Shown one piece after another: positions 1-13,350 of a stretch of 64,000 bases of DNA; the stretch's first letter is position 1; each line of letters starts with the position of its first letter. Made by a program: the position numbers and the translations under genes. Under the pieces are notes generated by a model. It saw only the letters and a list, made by a program, of their open reading frames with translations, did no database searches and was not told where the DNA came from. The DNA comes from the human T2T-CHM13v2.0 reference genome, Homo sapiens, in the NCBI GenBank assembly GCA_009914755.4, contig CP068257.2:23232001-23296000 (forward strand). The letters run 5' to 3'.

Positions 1-245
1 AGGGCTTTTTTTCATTGGTAGGTTTTTTTTTTTTACTGATACAATTTTGGAACTTGATAATAATCTATTTAGGGTTTAAATTTCTTTTTGATTCAATCTT
101 GGAAGTTTGTGTTTCCAGGAATTTATCCATCTTCTCTAGATTTTCTAGTTTGTGTGCTTAGAGGTGTTCATAATAGTCTCTGAGGATCTTTTCTATTTCT
201 GTGGGATTGGTTGTAATATCACTGTTGTCATTTTTGATTGCACAA
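1..245 (-). mobile_element. L1 (LINE-1) internal fragment, antisense on + strand
   Basis: Region 50-240 ('ccaggaatttatccatcttctctagattttctagtttgtgtgcttagaggtgtt...tctgtgggattggttgtaatatcac') is homologous to the L1PA copy in this window at about 42790-42960 (same antisense L1 ORF2 segment). Confidence 0.6.
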
Positions 246-1104
246 ATTTTTATATCTTATATATGCTATAATATATGCTTAAAAATCATATTTAAAGTAA
301 TGAGATAAAGACAATGATTTTAAATATTGTGTATAAGCATAAACACTTGATTTGAAATACTTCATTAATTTTTGAAATTCCTTTATAATCCAGTGATTTG
401 AACTTTTTTAAAGCTGTAGGAACTGGGGAAAAACCAAGCAAACACAGAGATCCAAGTGGAAGAACCTCCTCCTTGTCCGTGCTTATGGAATCATACTAAT
501 TTATTTACCAATTTTACCTACTGGCTTTACAAATGATTTTGTTGAACTTATGCAATTAAATGTCAACATTCTCTAAAGTCAACTGTATGTTGTTGGGGAA
601 AAAGAAGAAAAAAACAAAAATTCTTTTTAAAGAATTTTTATTATACTAAAAGTTTCAAACATTAAAATTTTAAGTTATAAGATTTTTATATTTAACTCAC
701 TGTAGTGTTTATGGCAACTAAACAGTACAACTAGAAAAATATTTTTAAACGGAAGTTTATATCTATAGCATGAGTTTCTTTCAAGAAGAAAGTTATGTTC
801 TTAATTATTGTTAAGATGTTGGCTTTGCTTTGAGTGGTGCTTCTGTATGTGTATTTCTGTGTGCCTGAAAGTTGGGTATGTGTATGTGTGATTTAATATA
901 TGCAGCATAGCAAAATACTATTGACTCTTTTTTATAGAAGTGCCTACAAAATCAAAATAATTGGATTTTTCTTTTTATAATACATTTTAAAAATTGCCTA
1001 ATTTCATTTGATATCTAAAAATTTCTTACCACAGAATAATTACTGTGTGATATGAAATAGCTTATACTCATATTTATTCTTTATATTATCTTTTAAAGTG
1101 TCTC

Positions 1105-1400
1105 CTACATAAAACCTTAATTTTTAATTTTTAAAATTGTTTGTGGGTTCATAGTATTTATTTATGGGGTATACTGGATATTTTGATGCAGGCATACAAT
1201 GTGTAATAATCACATCAGGGTAAATGGGTATTAATCACTTCAGACATTTATTTTTTGTGTTATAAACAATCCAAATGTATAATTAAATTACTCTTAATAT
1301 TAACCATATCATCCTGTTGTGCTATCAAATACTAGATCTTATTTATTCTTCTAACTATTTTTTGTATCTATTAACCACCCCACCTATCCCCTTCCACTAT
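1105..1400 (-). mobile_element. Older L1 (L1MA/L1PB-like) 3'-end fragment, antisense, T/A-rich tail at the left edge
   Basis: 'ggggtatactggatattttgatgcaggcatacaatgtgtaataatcacatcagggtaaatgg...ctgttgtgctatcaaatactagatcttatttattc...ccaccccacctatcccc' matches the characteristic antisense pattern of older L1 3' ends. Related copies occur at about 13035-13350 and 35630-35900. Confidence 0.5.
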
Positions 1401-3121
1401 CTCACAGTCTGGAAAGGGTAAAAATCTTATATTTAAAAACATAAGAACACATCTATTCCACAGTGCAGAAATAAAAATGCATTGCAGTATGAAGGAAGCT
1501 CATTAACACATGAAGGTGTCAATTATAACCCTTGCGCTGTGATTTTCCCTGTGTTTCCTCCAGAAGCCTAAATCTAGGCCATGTGACCCTCTGGCATCTG
1601 TAATGAGTGAAAGTGGTAGTGTCAATCCTTATTCTGAACATTAGTAAATATTAATGCTTCAACTTTTCCTTTTAGGCAAAAAATACACATGAAAGTCTAA
1701 GTTTTTTCTCACACCATTGACTTCTCTGCATATAATTTCTCCTTTTGGGGATGACTACATGGATACAGTAAACTATTACCTATAGGACTGTTTTAAAAAT
1801 CACATTGGGCTTTTAAAATATTTTCATAATTAAACATTTCATAAGTACATATTTTTTCATAAGTAGATATTTTCATAATCATATGGAAATATATACATCA
1901 ATGTTGAGGATCAAAATTGTATCCTTTGGGCTATATAAATAGGACTTCTGGTTTGAGACTAATTATGTGACAGAGGTTTTGGCAGGATACTTTAATCTTT
2001 AGGTGACATATTGTTTCCAAGGTTCTATCTTTTGTAAGAAATACACATTTGTTACATCAGAAGCTATATTTCAGGAGCTGGGCGTTGTGTTGATTTGCTA
2101 AAGCAGATGACCAATATGAAATGGAATTGCTACAAATGATCCTGGTGAAAGGATAATCAAGTGTTATTCCCCAGTTCCCACTGTTTTCTGTCCAGATAAA
2201 ACATATATGTCAAATGGAGATTTATAGATATTTTCACCTTTCTTACATTTTTGATAGTGGAATAATCGCTTATGTGGGACATAGGTTTATCTTCCCCAAA
2301 ATACTATTGGACTTACTGAGTGTCTCTTTGGCAATCATGATGGCCCATACAGTGTTGCTTTATACCATGAAAATTGCCTTCTAGCAAAATTGATTCTCAC
2401 AGAATTAATTGATATCATCATATCCTCTATCACTCTGGTATAGATGACCTTATAAAATAATACGTTTGAATACTGAAGACAATTCCAGCACCAGCTAGAA
2501 GACACCTTGTAAGTGTGGATGTGATATATGCACTGAACCATGAAGTACAATTGTAAGGAGAGTGTTAATACATCTTTCTGTATTGAAAAAAATAACTGCA
2601 GACTTAGGCAGGATTTATATCTTATTATAAAATCTCTGGACATGGAAGAATTTCAGTTCCCTAAGTTAGCAGCTGTATCAGGTAATAAATTATTTACAAA
2701 ATATTATCAACTAACTTTAGATAGCACAACTGTTCCATTGATAGGTACATGTATTTTTATTTTTAATAAGATAGAAGTTTACCTGTCTCACACAGAATAT
2801 AAATCTATTAGTTTATGCATATCCCCATATTCCATCTACTGTTATTTGATACTTAGTACTTCACAACACTGTCTTAGATGGCTCCAACCATCTCATTCAC
2901 ATTAGCAGCGGGAAAGGGGAAGAGGTGAATAAAGATGTGGCCTATCTTTTATTTTTATGTCAGCCTTTTTATAACAAAGATAAGTGATGTACAGAAAAGT
3001 GCACACATTTACGTGTACAACTTGATGATTTCTTACAAAAAATGCACGTAACTATTTCCCAGATTATTAAAATATTAATAGCAACTGTCTTTTTCCAGTG
3101 CTATAACAGAATATCACAGGT

Positions 3122-3430
3122 TGGGTAATTTATAAACAACAGAAGTGTGTTTCTCACCGTTCTGAAGACTGGGAAGTCCAAGATCAAGGCATCGGCTTTC
3201 CAGCTGGTGAAGGTCTTCTTGCTTCATTCTCACATGGCAGAAAGTAGAGAGGCAAGAAGGTCTAAACGGCTCCTGCACACTCATTTTATAAAGATATTAA
3301 TTCCATTCAACAGGACAGCGCTCTCATGGTCTAATCTCTTCCCCAAATATCCCACCTCTTAAGACTACCATAATGAGGATTACATTCCGATGTGAATTTT
3401 GAGAAGGACACAAACATCTAAACCATAGCA
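3122..3430 (-). mobile_element. MaLR/ERVL-class solo LTR (older subfamily, not assignable by eye), antisense
   Basis: 'gggtaatttataaacaacagaagtgtgtttctcaccgttctgaagactgggaagtccaagatcaagg...tcacatggcagaaagtagagag...cattttataaag...ccacctcttaagactaccataatgaggattacattccgatgtgaattttgag'. The same family recurs at 17690-18050 (-), 21785-22135 (-) and 26841-27200 (+). Confidence 0.5.
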
Positions 3431-4147
3431 GCAACCAAGAAGCTTTGTTTATGCCTTCCCCATACTAATCAAAAAAACCAAAAACAATAAAAAAACCAAA
3501 CCCACAACTTCTAAATTTCCAGGATCAAAAAAACAAATCCACAAACTTCTAAATTTATTCTAACAATATAGATTAGTTAGTATCTGGCTCATTTAAATCA
3601 AAGTTTTCAATGTTTACCAAAACCTTGCATGTAGAAGCAGTATGTTCATTTATTTGATGTTTAATATACATTGCTTTAATATACTAGCTTATATAATTAT
3701 TACAATTTTGATAAATTGGATATCTGAGATTTTTCAGATTTCAATGATTATAATTAATGGTGGTATAAATACTTTTGTTTATATCTTCTTTCAGAGATAT
3801 TTATTTCTTTTCAGTGTACACTTAGAAGTCAAATAGCTGTGTCATGGAAGATGTGTATGCTTCATGGGAATAGATATTGCCAAAGCCTCTTTTAAAGGAG
3901 TTGTACCAATTTACATTCCTACCAACAGTACATGAGAGTTTCAGTTTCTCCAAGTCCTCAGAGATTAGCTGACAAGGATTTTATCGTATCTTATAAATAT
4001 ATTCATAAACATAGGGATAAATGTACTATCATGAGTGAACACATTCAGAGTAACAGCAGATAAATGAAAACTATATGAAAGAGTAAATGTAAATTCTATA
4101 ACAGAAGTACAATATCTTAAATTTAAAATGTACTAGACTGGCTTCTT

Positions 4148-4489
<342 letters not shown>

Positions 4490-5122
4490 TAGATTGGCTT
4501 CTTAACACCATATTGGAGATGCCAGGAAAAGGGTCTGGGAATTTGAAGGCAGATCAACAGAAATTATCTAACCGGAATCCTCTCACAATTCTTAAGATAG
4601 ATCAACAGATTCAATCTACCAGATTCTGTCTAATCTAAGACAGGAAAAAACAAAGTCGTGAATTCTGTAATCTCTGGGACATTAAGCAAGAGATCTGACA
4701 TATCCATAACTGAAATTCTATGAGGACAGGAGATAGAATAGAGAAGAAGAAAAACTGAAGAAAGAGGGGGGCTAAAAGTTTCCTAAATTTGAAAATGCAA
4801 ACTTACAAATTGAAAACAAACAAAAAAACCCAGCGAACCTCACAAAAAAAAAGCAAAACAAACAAACAAAAAAAACCCACACACGCCTAGACCCATCATA
4901 GTTATACAGCTAAAAACCAAAGATGAACATGAAACCTGGAAACGGTCAGAATCAAACAGCCCATTACAGAAAGGGAAGGAAATAATCTCAGCTGACTTCT
5001 GCTGATATACAATAGATGCCAAAATACAGTGGAGCAATATCTTTTAAAGTTTTGGTGTTGGGGTGGCTAGCTCCAGATTTCTATATACAGTGAAAATATC
5101 CTTTTAAAATAAAGGAAAATAG

Positions 5123-5235
5123 GCTGGGTGCTGTGTTTCATGCCTGTAATCCCAGCACTTTGGAAACCCGAGGAAGGCGGATCATTTGAGGTCAGGAGTT
5201 TGAGACTAGCCTGGCCAACATGGTGAAACCTCATA
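5123..5235 (+). mobile_element. Alu left-monomer fragment, truncated at the mid A-rich linker
   Basis: 'ggctgggtgctgtgtttcatgcctgtaatcccagcactttggaaacccgaggaaggcggatcatttgaggtcaggagtttgagactagcctggccaacatggtgaaacctcat', then runs directly into an AT microsatellite. Confidence 0.8.
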
Positions 5236-5385
5236 TTTTTTTATGTGTATTTATTTATATTTATTTTATTATAAGTTTATATATATTTTTATATATGTTT
5301 ATATATATTTTATATATTTATATATACGTATATATATACGTATATATATATATATATATATACACATATATATAAATGTGAACAG
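5236..5385. repeat. AT-rich / (TA)n compound microsatellite
   Basis: 'atttttttatgtgtatttatttatatttattttatt...tatatatacgtatatatatacgtatatatatatatatatatatacacatatatataaatg'. Confidence 0.85.
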
Positions 5386-5516
5386 CCACTAGCTGTTCAC
5401 ATTTTCATCAGCTAAGCACCGGATAAGTGAAGAAGTCTTCAAAATGACTGTAACCACAGCTGCTTTCTGATTTTAGCCTCAAGAGGGACCTCATGAAACT
5501 CTCAGCCAGAAAATCC

Positions 5517-5817
<301 letters not shown>

Positions 5818-8133
5818 TGAGGTAGAAAATGTTTGTATCATCAAAAAAGACATGCACCATATACGTGTGCAGATGATTATGATGAGAAGAATGTGGGGTC
5901 TATTACCAGTTATATATGAATTCAAGGGTATCATAAGAACTCTGAACTACCAAGTGTGGTTAAAAAAAAGAGAAACAACTGGTCTATTGCCTGCCTATGA
6001 TATAAGCAGAGTCTCTCCTGTAGTCAAGGAGAAATCATGATTAAGATTTGCAGCTCTATGGAATCAGAATCAAGGCAAGGGCAGCTTTTACACTCTGATG
6101 GAAGACTAATTCATGTCTGAAGTTTGTGGCATAGTTAATTTTTTACTGCTCTTGCTAGGGTGAATGATATGATACTGTAAGTCTTCTGCACATTTATCAC
6201 ATGGAATCTTTCCTTTAGAAGTGTAAAAAACATACAGAATTCAATACTTGAACATACATATTAAAATATATAAATACACATTAAAATATGTAAATACATG
6301 TATTTTTTAATATTCATACTAAAAATTAGGCAACTAATAGTAACAATTTAAAACCCTACTATTTGAATGAAAAACTATCGTAGCAATATTTTAAGTTACC
6401 AGAGAAGTTATTCAAGGTGGTAAGAAGCTCCCTTCAATGGCTATTTGGATAACCTATCAGATTTGTTTTAAACAGCAACAGAAACCCAGTGGATGGAGTC
6501 ACAGGGAGACTGATTTCAAAGATAAGTTTAAATATACATGAAAATGTGAATATGTAACTATGATGAGGACATGCACACATATACACATATGTAGACAAAC
6601 CACACATAATATGTACTGTATATTTATCTGTGTACTTCAGAGCTATTAAAGAAATAGAATGGGATTGTTTAAGAGAAAGCAAGATCTGGCTTAATGGAGA
6701 GTGTTAGATCTGCCTTTTCATCCAAAGATTTGGTTACTCAAGCTGGATCCAGTGAGTGAATCCGCAGTATCACTGTATTCCATTGATGAACTATGGGCTT
6801 AAGGAAATCCATATGTGTAGTTACTCAGACACTTATAAAGGACAAATGTTTACAAGTGTATATTTATGGTCTAGAATCCTCCGCACAAAGCAATATTTTT
6901 ATTTGTTCCTTCTGCACTGTTTTGTCTATCTACCCTCCTCATCTAGCACTTCAGTTAGTTGCCTTTTTCATCATCCTGGGGAATTCTCTTGTGTAAATAC
7001 TCATAACCTGAAGGGAACTCACCCCAAAGAAGTGTCAAAATGCTTATGTGCACTGTGACTATCTTCACCTGCTTAGGGATTGGCTAAAGCTTGAGTTTGC
7101 TATGATGATCTGCTATAAAAATGCTCCCCATAGAGCAACCAACCTGTGAAAGATTACTCAGCCTGCAGATTGCACAAGCTCTCTCATACCAAACACAGTA
7201 TCTCTACTGAGCTAAGCAGCAACAAATATAGCATCTGACATTTACTTACTTAAATCTTAAACATATGCCCACAGGGAGTTTCAAGTAGACACTGAATGAA
7301 TACCTCGTGGTGGAGGTAGAGAAATGTAAAATATCGGATAAATGATGCTTTCACATCTGGATTCTGTGAAGTTCAGTGATTTAATCCATTCTTTGACCTC
7401 AGCTTCAGCACAGTGATTTCTGAATCCAATCCTCTTTCTGTTACACTTTAAACTCTAGGAGTCATTGTTCCCAATTTGTCCACCTATATTGGGAGAAACC
7501 AGTTTGGCTGGAGAAAATACAGCTATCATGATTCCACTTTTTAATTCAAACTGTTACAAATGTAAAACCTGTTAGGATTAAAAGAACACAATCAATCTGT
7601 AAGAAGTGGTGGGTATTTCATCAAATATTAAAAGGTCAAATAGTACTAAGCAATATTCCTACATTAGGAAAATTACTTAAGAAAATTCAATCTACTGGGA
7701 ACTCTTATCTTTGAAATGTTATAAAGGTCATAGAACGAATGATTTAAAAGTATGGCAAACAAATAGTTGTTTATAATTTACTTATCTTGCTGTCTTTTTT
7801 TTAGCGTATGTCACTCCTTTATAAACTACTCTCACTGCAATGAATCACATCTCAAAGATAATTAATAAACTTTTATTTACAAAATATAAAATTATCTTTA
7901 ATTTTCATACAGTGTGGTCTCTGAAATATTTGAAACTATTCGTATCACTTCTTTGAAACCCTTATATATTTGCTTTCTATGACATATGCTCAGTGATTAT
8001 CTTTTTGATCTCTGAAATGTACCTCAATCTATTTGCAGCTTGGAAATACAGCTCCAGAAACCAAGTGGCATGAGCTCTATAATTTATTCACACAGAACTT
8101 CTCACTATGTCCCCTTAAAAAATATGAACTTTT

Positions 8134-8437
<304 letters not shown>

Positions 8438-9019
8438 CGAACTTTTGTAAAGTTGCTGATTTCATGGAAATATATTCTTCTTCCTCCCCATACCTTTACA
8501 CCTTTGATTACTGTGTTTACCAAATTCGTAGCCATTTTTCAAGATTTAGTTGATAATTTTCTTTCTCTGTGAGGCCTTTTACTCAAAATGTAAGTCAAAT
8601 TCTACCAGAGAGCCTTATTCCCATGGCATAGCAAAGTCCTGGGCAGATAAGAGACATTCAATTTATGTAATAGATCAAACAAGGGCTTTAGATTCAGAAG
8701 TCCTGGATTTAAATTTTGGCTCTCTTGTGGGTTTGAAATCCTTCTCTGGAAGCCTTTGCTTCTTCATAGAAAACAGAGCTAATAACCACTTTTCTGTAAG
8801 AATTGCATGAGAAAACAGAGGAACATCACCTAGGACAATATCTGGTACTTAGTAGAAGTTCCGTAACCAGTTGCTACTACTGACACTATTATTATTATTT
8901 CTCTGCTCTCCCACCTTTTAAAAAATAATGATAAATAATTAAATATATAGAAATCTTGAAATGTCCTTTCTTTGTGAAGTTGTGTTACCAATCAAGATAA
9001 TCACATCTCTTTAGACACC

Positions 9020-9402
9020 TGATATGGTTTGGCTGTGTCCCCACCCAAAAATCTCATCTTGAATTGTAATCCCCATAATCCCCGCTTGTCAAGAGTGGGA
9101 ACAGGTGGAGGTACTTGGATCATGGGGGTGGTATCCCCCATGCTGTTCTCATGATAGTGAGTAAGTCTCATGAGAACTGATTCTTTTAAAGCATCCGGCA
9201 TTTACTCCGCTTGCACTCATTCTCTCTCCTGCCACCCTGTGGAGAAGGTGCCTGCTTCTCCTTTGCCTTCCTCCATGATTGTAAGTTTCCTGAGGACTCC
9301 CCAGCCATGTGAAACTGTGAGTCAATTAAACCTCTTTCCTTTATAAATCACCCAGTCTCATGTATTTCTTCATAGCAGTGTGAAAACAGACTAGTACAAT
9401 AC
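9020..9402 (+). mobile_element. MaLR LTR, THE1-like, sense
   Basis: Starts 'tgatatggtttggctgtgtccccacccaaa(a)atctcatcttgaattgtaatcccca', contains 'ccatgattgtaagtttcctgaggactccccagccatgtgaaactgtgagtcaattaaacctctttcctttataaatcacccagtctc', ends '...agactagtacaa'. Confidence 0.8.
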
Positions 9403-10563
9403 CCCTGAAATATACATGGCATTTGTTTTTCTCCTGCAATGTATTTAGTGGTTTATCTGTTTATTGAATTCTTCTCAAGTCAGAAACAATAAAAATATAG
9501 TAGCTTCTTCTTAAATCATATCAGTCCATCTTTCCAATGTTATACTATTTTCTCTCATGGATTCAAAACTAAACCTAACTGTAGTAACATGATGATTTAT
9601 ATAACACAATAAACAAAATAATTATTGTGATAAGTAGTCATAGAATGTTGATGTTTGCTTATAAATGTATCATTCACATACAGAAGGTCCACATGATTTT
9701 TTGACTTTATGATGATGTGAAGTGATAGGCATTTGGTGGAAACCGTATTCTGAGTAGCCATACAAACATTCTGTTTTTCACTTTCAGTACAATATTAATT
9801 ATATGAAACATTTAACAGTTTATTATAAGATGGGCTTTGTGTTAGATGATTTTGTCCAACAGTGTGGGCAAAATATAGGTATTCTGAGCACATTTTAGGT
9901 AGCTTAGCCTCAGCTATGATGTTCAGCAGGTTAAATGTATTAAATGTATTTTGACTTATAATACTTTCAACTTATAATGTGTTTACTGGAACGTAACTCC
10001 ATCATAAGTAGGAGAGCATCTGTACTTTTCTACTTTTATCCTTCTCCCTCTTTGGGAGTTTGAAATATTTTTTAATTCACAAGAAAACCAATTAATTGTT
10101 AAAATCTAGTTGTTGAATTTCCACTAGTTCCTCCTCCAGGTATTTAGCAGGACACTTAAAATTAGTATGAGTTTTTCTTCCACAGTGGACACTAGTTATG
10201 CAAAAAAGAAATTGCATATTAGATAAATGTTGTTTAGCCTTGATGAGTGGATGGGTACATATATTTAGTCATATATGTTGGCTAACACTATGTAAGGGAA
10301 GAGATGTGATATTGGAGATTGTGTATTTCTTCGAAGGCTGTAACTGGATAAACAAAGGGGTCAGAGGAAAACCGGTGTAAGAAAAAAGCATTAAAAAGAA
10401 TGACGATTAAGCAGGTTTAGGAGGAAAGCAGATCCCTGTCTATGACTAAAGGAGGAGAGAGAAGCCAGCATATTGGCAAGTCTTCTGTCCTTCAGAACAC
10501 CTACACCTTATTTGTTTGGAGTAGTAGTGTTCAGCAATATTTATTTTCAAGATTGTAGGTCTG

Positions 10564-10927
10564 TGTATTAATCTGTTTTTATGTTGCTAATAAAGACATA
10601 CCTGAGACTGGATAATTTATAAAGGAAAGAGATTTAAGGGACTCACAGTTCCACATGGCTGGTGAAGCCTCACAGTCATAGCAGAAGGCAAAGGAGGAGC
10701 AAAGGCATGTTTTACATGGTGGCAGACAAGAGAGCATGTGCAGGGGAACTGCCTTTTATAAAACCATCAGATCTCATGAGACTTATTCACTATCATGAGA
10801 ACAGCACAGGAAAAACACACCCCCATGATTCAACTACCTCCCACCAGGTCCCTCCCATGAAACGTGGGGCTTATGGGAGCTACAATTCAACATGAGATTT
10901 GGGTGGGGACACAGCCAGACCATATCA
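10564..10927 (-). mobile_element. MaLR LTR, THE1-like, antisense (inverted relative to the 9020-9402 copy)
   Basis: 'tgtattaatctgtttttatgttgctaataaagacatacctgagactggataatttataaaggaaagag...ctcacagttccacatggctggtgaagcctcacagtcatagcagaaggcaaaggagg...ttgggtggggacacagccagaccatatcag' is the reverse complement of a THE1-type LTR. Confidence 0.8.
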
Positions 10928-13034
10928 GTCTTTAATGCTGCCTCTGCGGAAAAATCCCAATTTCTCTAATTTCTTTTATATATAAAATGTTTTGATCATG
11001 GACATCTCAGTGTGTTAAACACTCAGATGAAGACCATGAGGAAATCTGAGTTATCTTTGCAATTAGAATAACCTCCCAGATAATTAACATTAGTAAATAC
11101 TAAATTTCAATGCTTTATTTACCCCTCAAAGATTTGCTAAAAATATTTTATTTATCAACATTCAGTACAGTAACTCTATATATGAGCACCACAATTTTAT
11201 ACAGAAATAAGTCTTTGTATCTTGATGAATACTTAAGGCTTAGTAGTTAACAACATTTTTATCTACTGATGATACTAAGTGCTTTTGCAAGGTTAATGAA
11301 TTTTAATATGGAGGCCATTATGTTACTCTGTCTGCTTCTCACTGTCTGCTGCACTGAAAAAAAAATCCAATCTATTAAAACTCAGTGTGGAGCAAAGCCA
11401 TGAAGACCCACTAGTAATTGCTGGTTGATGACGTTGCACAGTAGTTGGTCCAAAAGAGATCTGGCCTTGCAGATCTGGCAGAGGAGTCTAGTAAAATGCC
11501 ACAAAAGTTATTGCAGAATATAAATCAGAAATTGAATAACAGTAGTCACCCCACTGATAGAACATTGAGGTTATGTTTACTCCAGTGGTAGCAACATGGT
11601 TATAGACCCACTGGCAGCATTCGTCTCAGGCAAATTAATTAGCTTAGTCTACTCCAAAGCCACTTAGCAAAGATTGCAAATCATTGGAGAAACCAATTAA
11701 ACCACAATAAGGAAGCCCATGCTGATCAGTTTGGCCATATATTATGGACTGCAGAATCTCCCAAGCATTCTCATTTTATGTGCATTCACATAATTATGAT
11801 CCTGGTCAGAATGGAAAAAGAGAAATTATTGAAACAATTGATTAAAATTTAAGTTTATATATGGGATGTTTGGATGTAATAAAATGCTAACAATTAGTCA
11901 TCTGAGTGAGAGAATGGTTTAAACTTTTCTTATAACTTTTGTATACATTTTAAATTATTTCAAAGTATGAATTATTTTAAAAAATTAAACTTCCAAAGAA
12001 TAAAAATGCATTATGAAATAAAAATAGTAATAATAAATAAATAACCTAACAGCCAAACCTACCATAATAATTTTATTTTCAATCAAGTCAACCTTAAAAT
12101 TAAAAAGTAAATAGGAAAATGATGGTATCTTTGTTTTTATTGTTGGTCAAATCACTCTCAGTGAATGTAATACTTACTGAACAGAAACACAAAAGGTAAT
12201 AATACATTACGGATATTTAAAAAGCAGGTCTTGATATAACTGTATTTTTTAGAAAGAGTCTATGTTTCCTATTTTAAGGGCGTGTACAATCAAGGCAGTG
12301 CATGGCACAAAATATTTTTTCTGTTTTAATATTGTTTGCACAGCTGCCCAGTACTTTAGAAAAAAATCAGATCAGGCATATTTTGAAGTAATTCATGGTC
12401 TTTGGGAGTGAAGTAGAACGTAGAACAGCCACAGAGATGACATCTTCAGTGCTATTTGCAGCCTGGATATACCCTCACATGCTCTCTTGTCCCAAAAGAC
12501 ATCCAAAGCAGGCCTGGATGGCTTCTGAATATTTGGTGTTTTCTCATATCATCACCTTCTAAATTCAGGCTCCTTATTAGAGGAAGACAAGCCTATCAGA
12601 ACAGATGTTCAGTTGAGTGGAAAGAACAGACTACGGACTGAATCAGTAAATCATTAAATGGATACTTTAAGAAAACAAATTCATTATTTTTGTTTTTATA
12701 TTACCCAGATTTTGACAAAATATATGCCTTTTTCATATCATGATCATTTTAATGAAGAGTTTTCTCTCACACAAACACTTACTAATGAATATAACAGGAT
12801 CTTTGTTTCTGCTGAATTCAGACAAAAATTGTACATTTTCAACCAAATTTCCTGAAAGAAATGTGAAAACATTTAGGCAACAGAAGTTGCCTGACATTGA
12901 TGCCTCACTCATTTGTGAAATGTCTTATTATTTAGTCTATCAATCAGGGCCATAGATTTTATTGGATTTAGCTACCTAATGTCTGCACCTCATTTCATTT
13001 TGGTAATTTATTTATTTATTTTTAAATGGGTAAA

Positions 13035-13350
13035 TAAAAATTGTATATATTTATCAGGTACAACATGTTTTGAAATATGCATACATTGTGGAATCCCTAA
13101 ATCAAACTAATTGACATATATATTTTCTCACATACCATTTTGTGGGAACAGTTAAAATCTATTCTTTCAGCAGTTTTCAAGAATATATTGTTATTAGCTA
13201 TAATTCACTATATATTATCTCTGGAACTTGTTTCTCTTGCCTAACCCAAATTTTTTATTATTTGATTAACATCCTCCTAACACCATTCTCCTGCCCACCC
13301 CCAACGCTTGGTAACTACCATTCTAACTCTCTGCTTCTATGAGTTCCACA
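13035..13350 (-). mobile_element. Older L1 (L1M/L1MA-like) 3'-end fragment, antisense
   Basis: 'caggtacaacatgttttgaaatatgcatacattgtggaatccctaaatcaaactaattgacatat...gtgggaacagttaaaatctattctttcagcagttttcaag...cacccccaacgcttggtaactaccattctaactctctgcttctatgagttccacatttttagattc' matches the antisense consensus of old L1 3' ends. Confidence 0.5.

Noticed and set aside
9020-10927. The inverted THE1 LTR pair interpreted as the two LTRs of one provirus
   Set aside because: The LTRs of a single ERV are in direct orientation, not inverted. The spacer is only 1.16 kb and does not resemble the MaLR internal sequence seen at 52714-54328.
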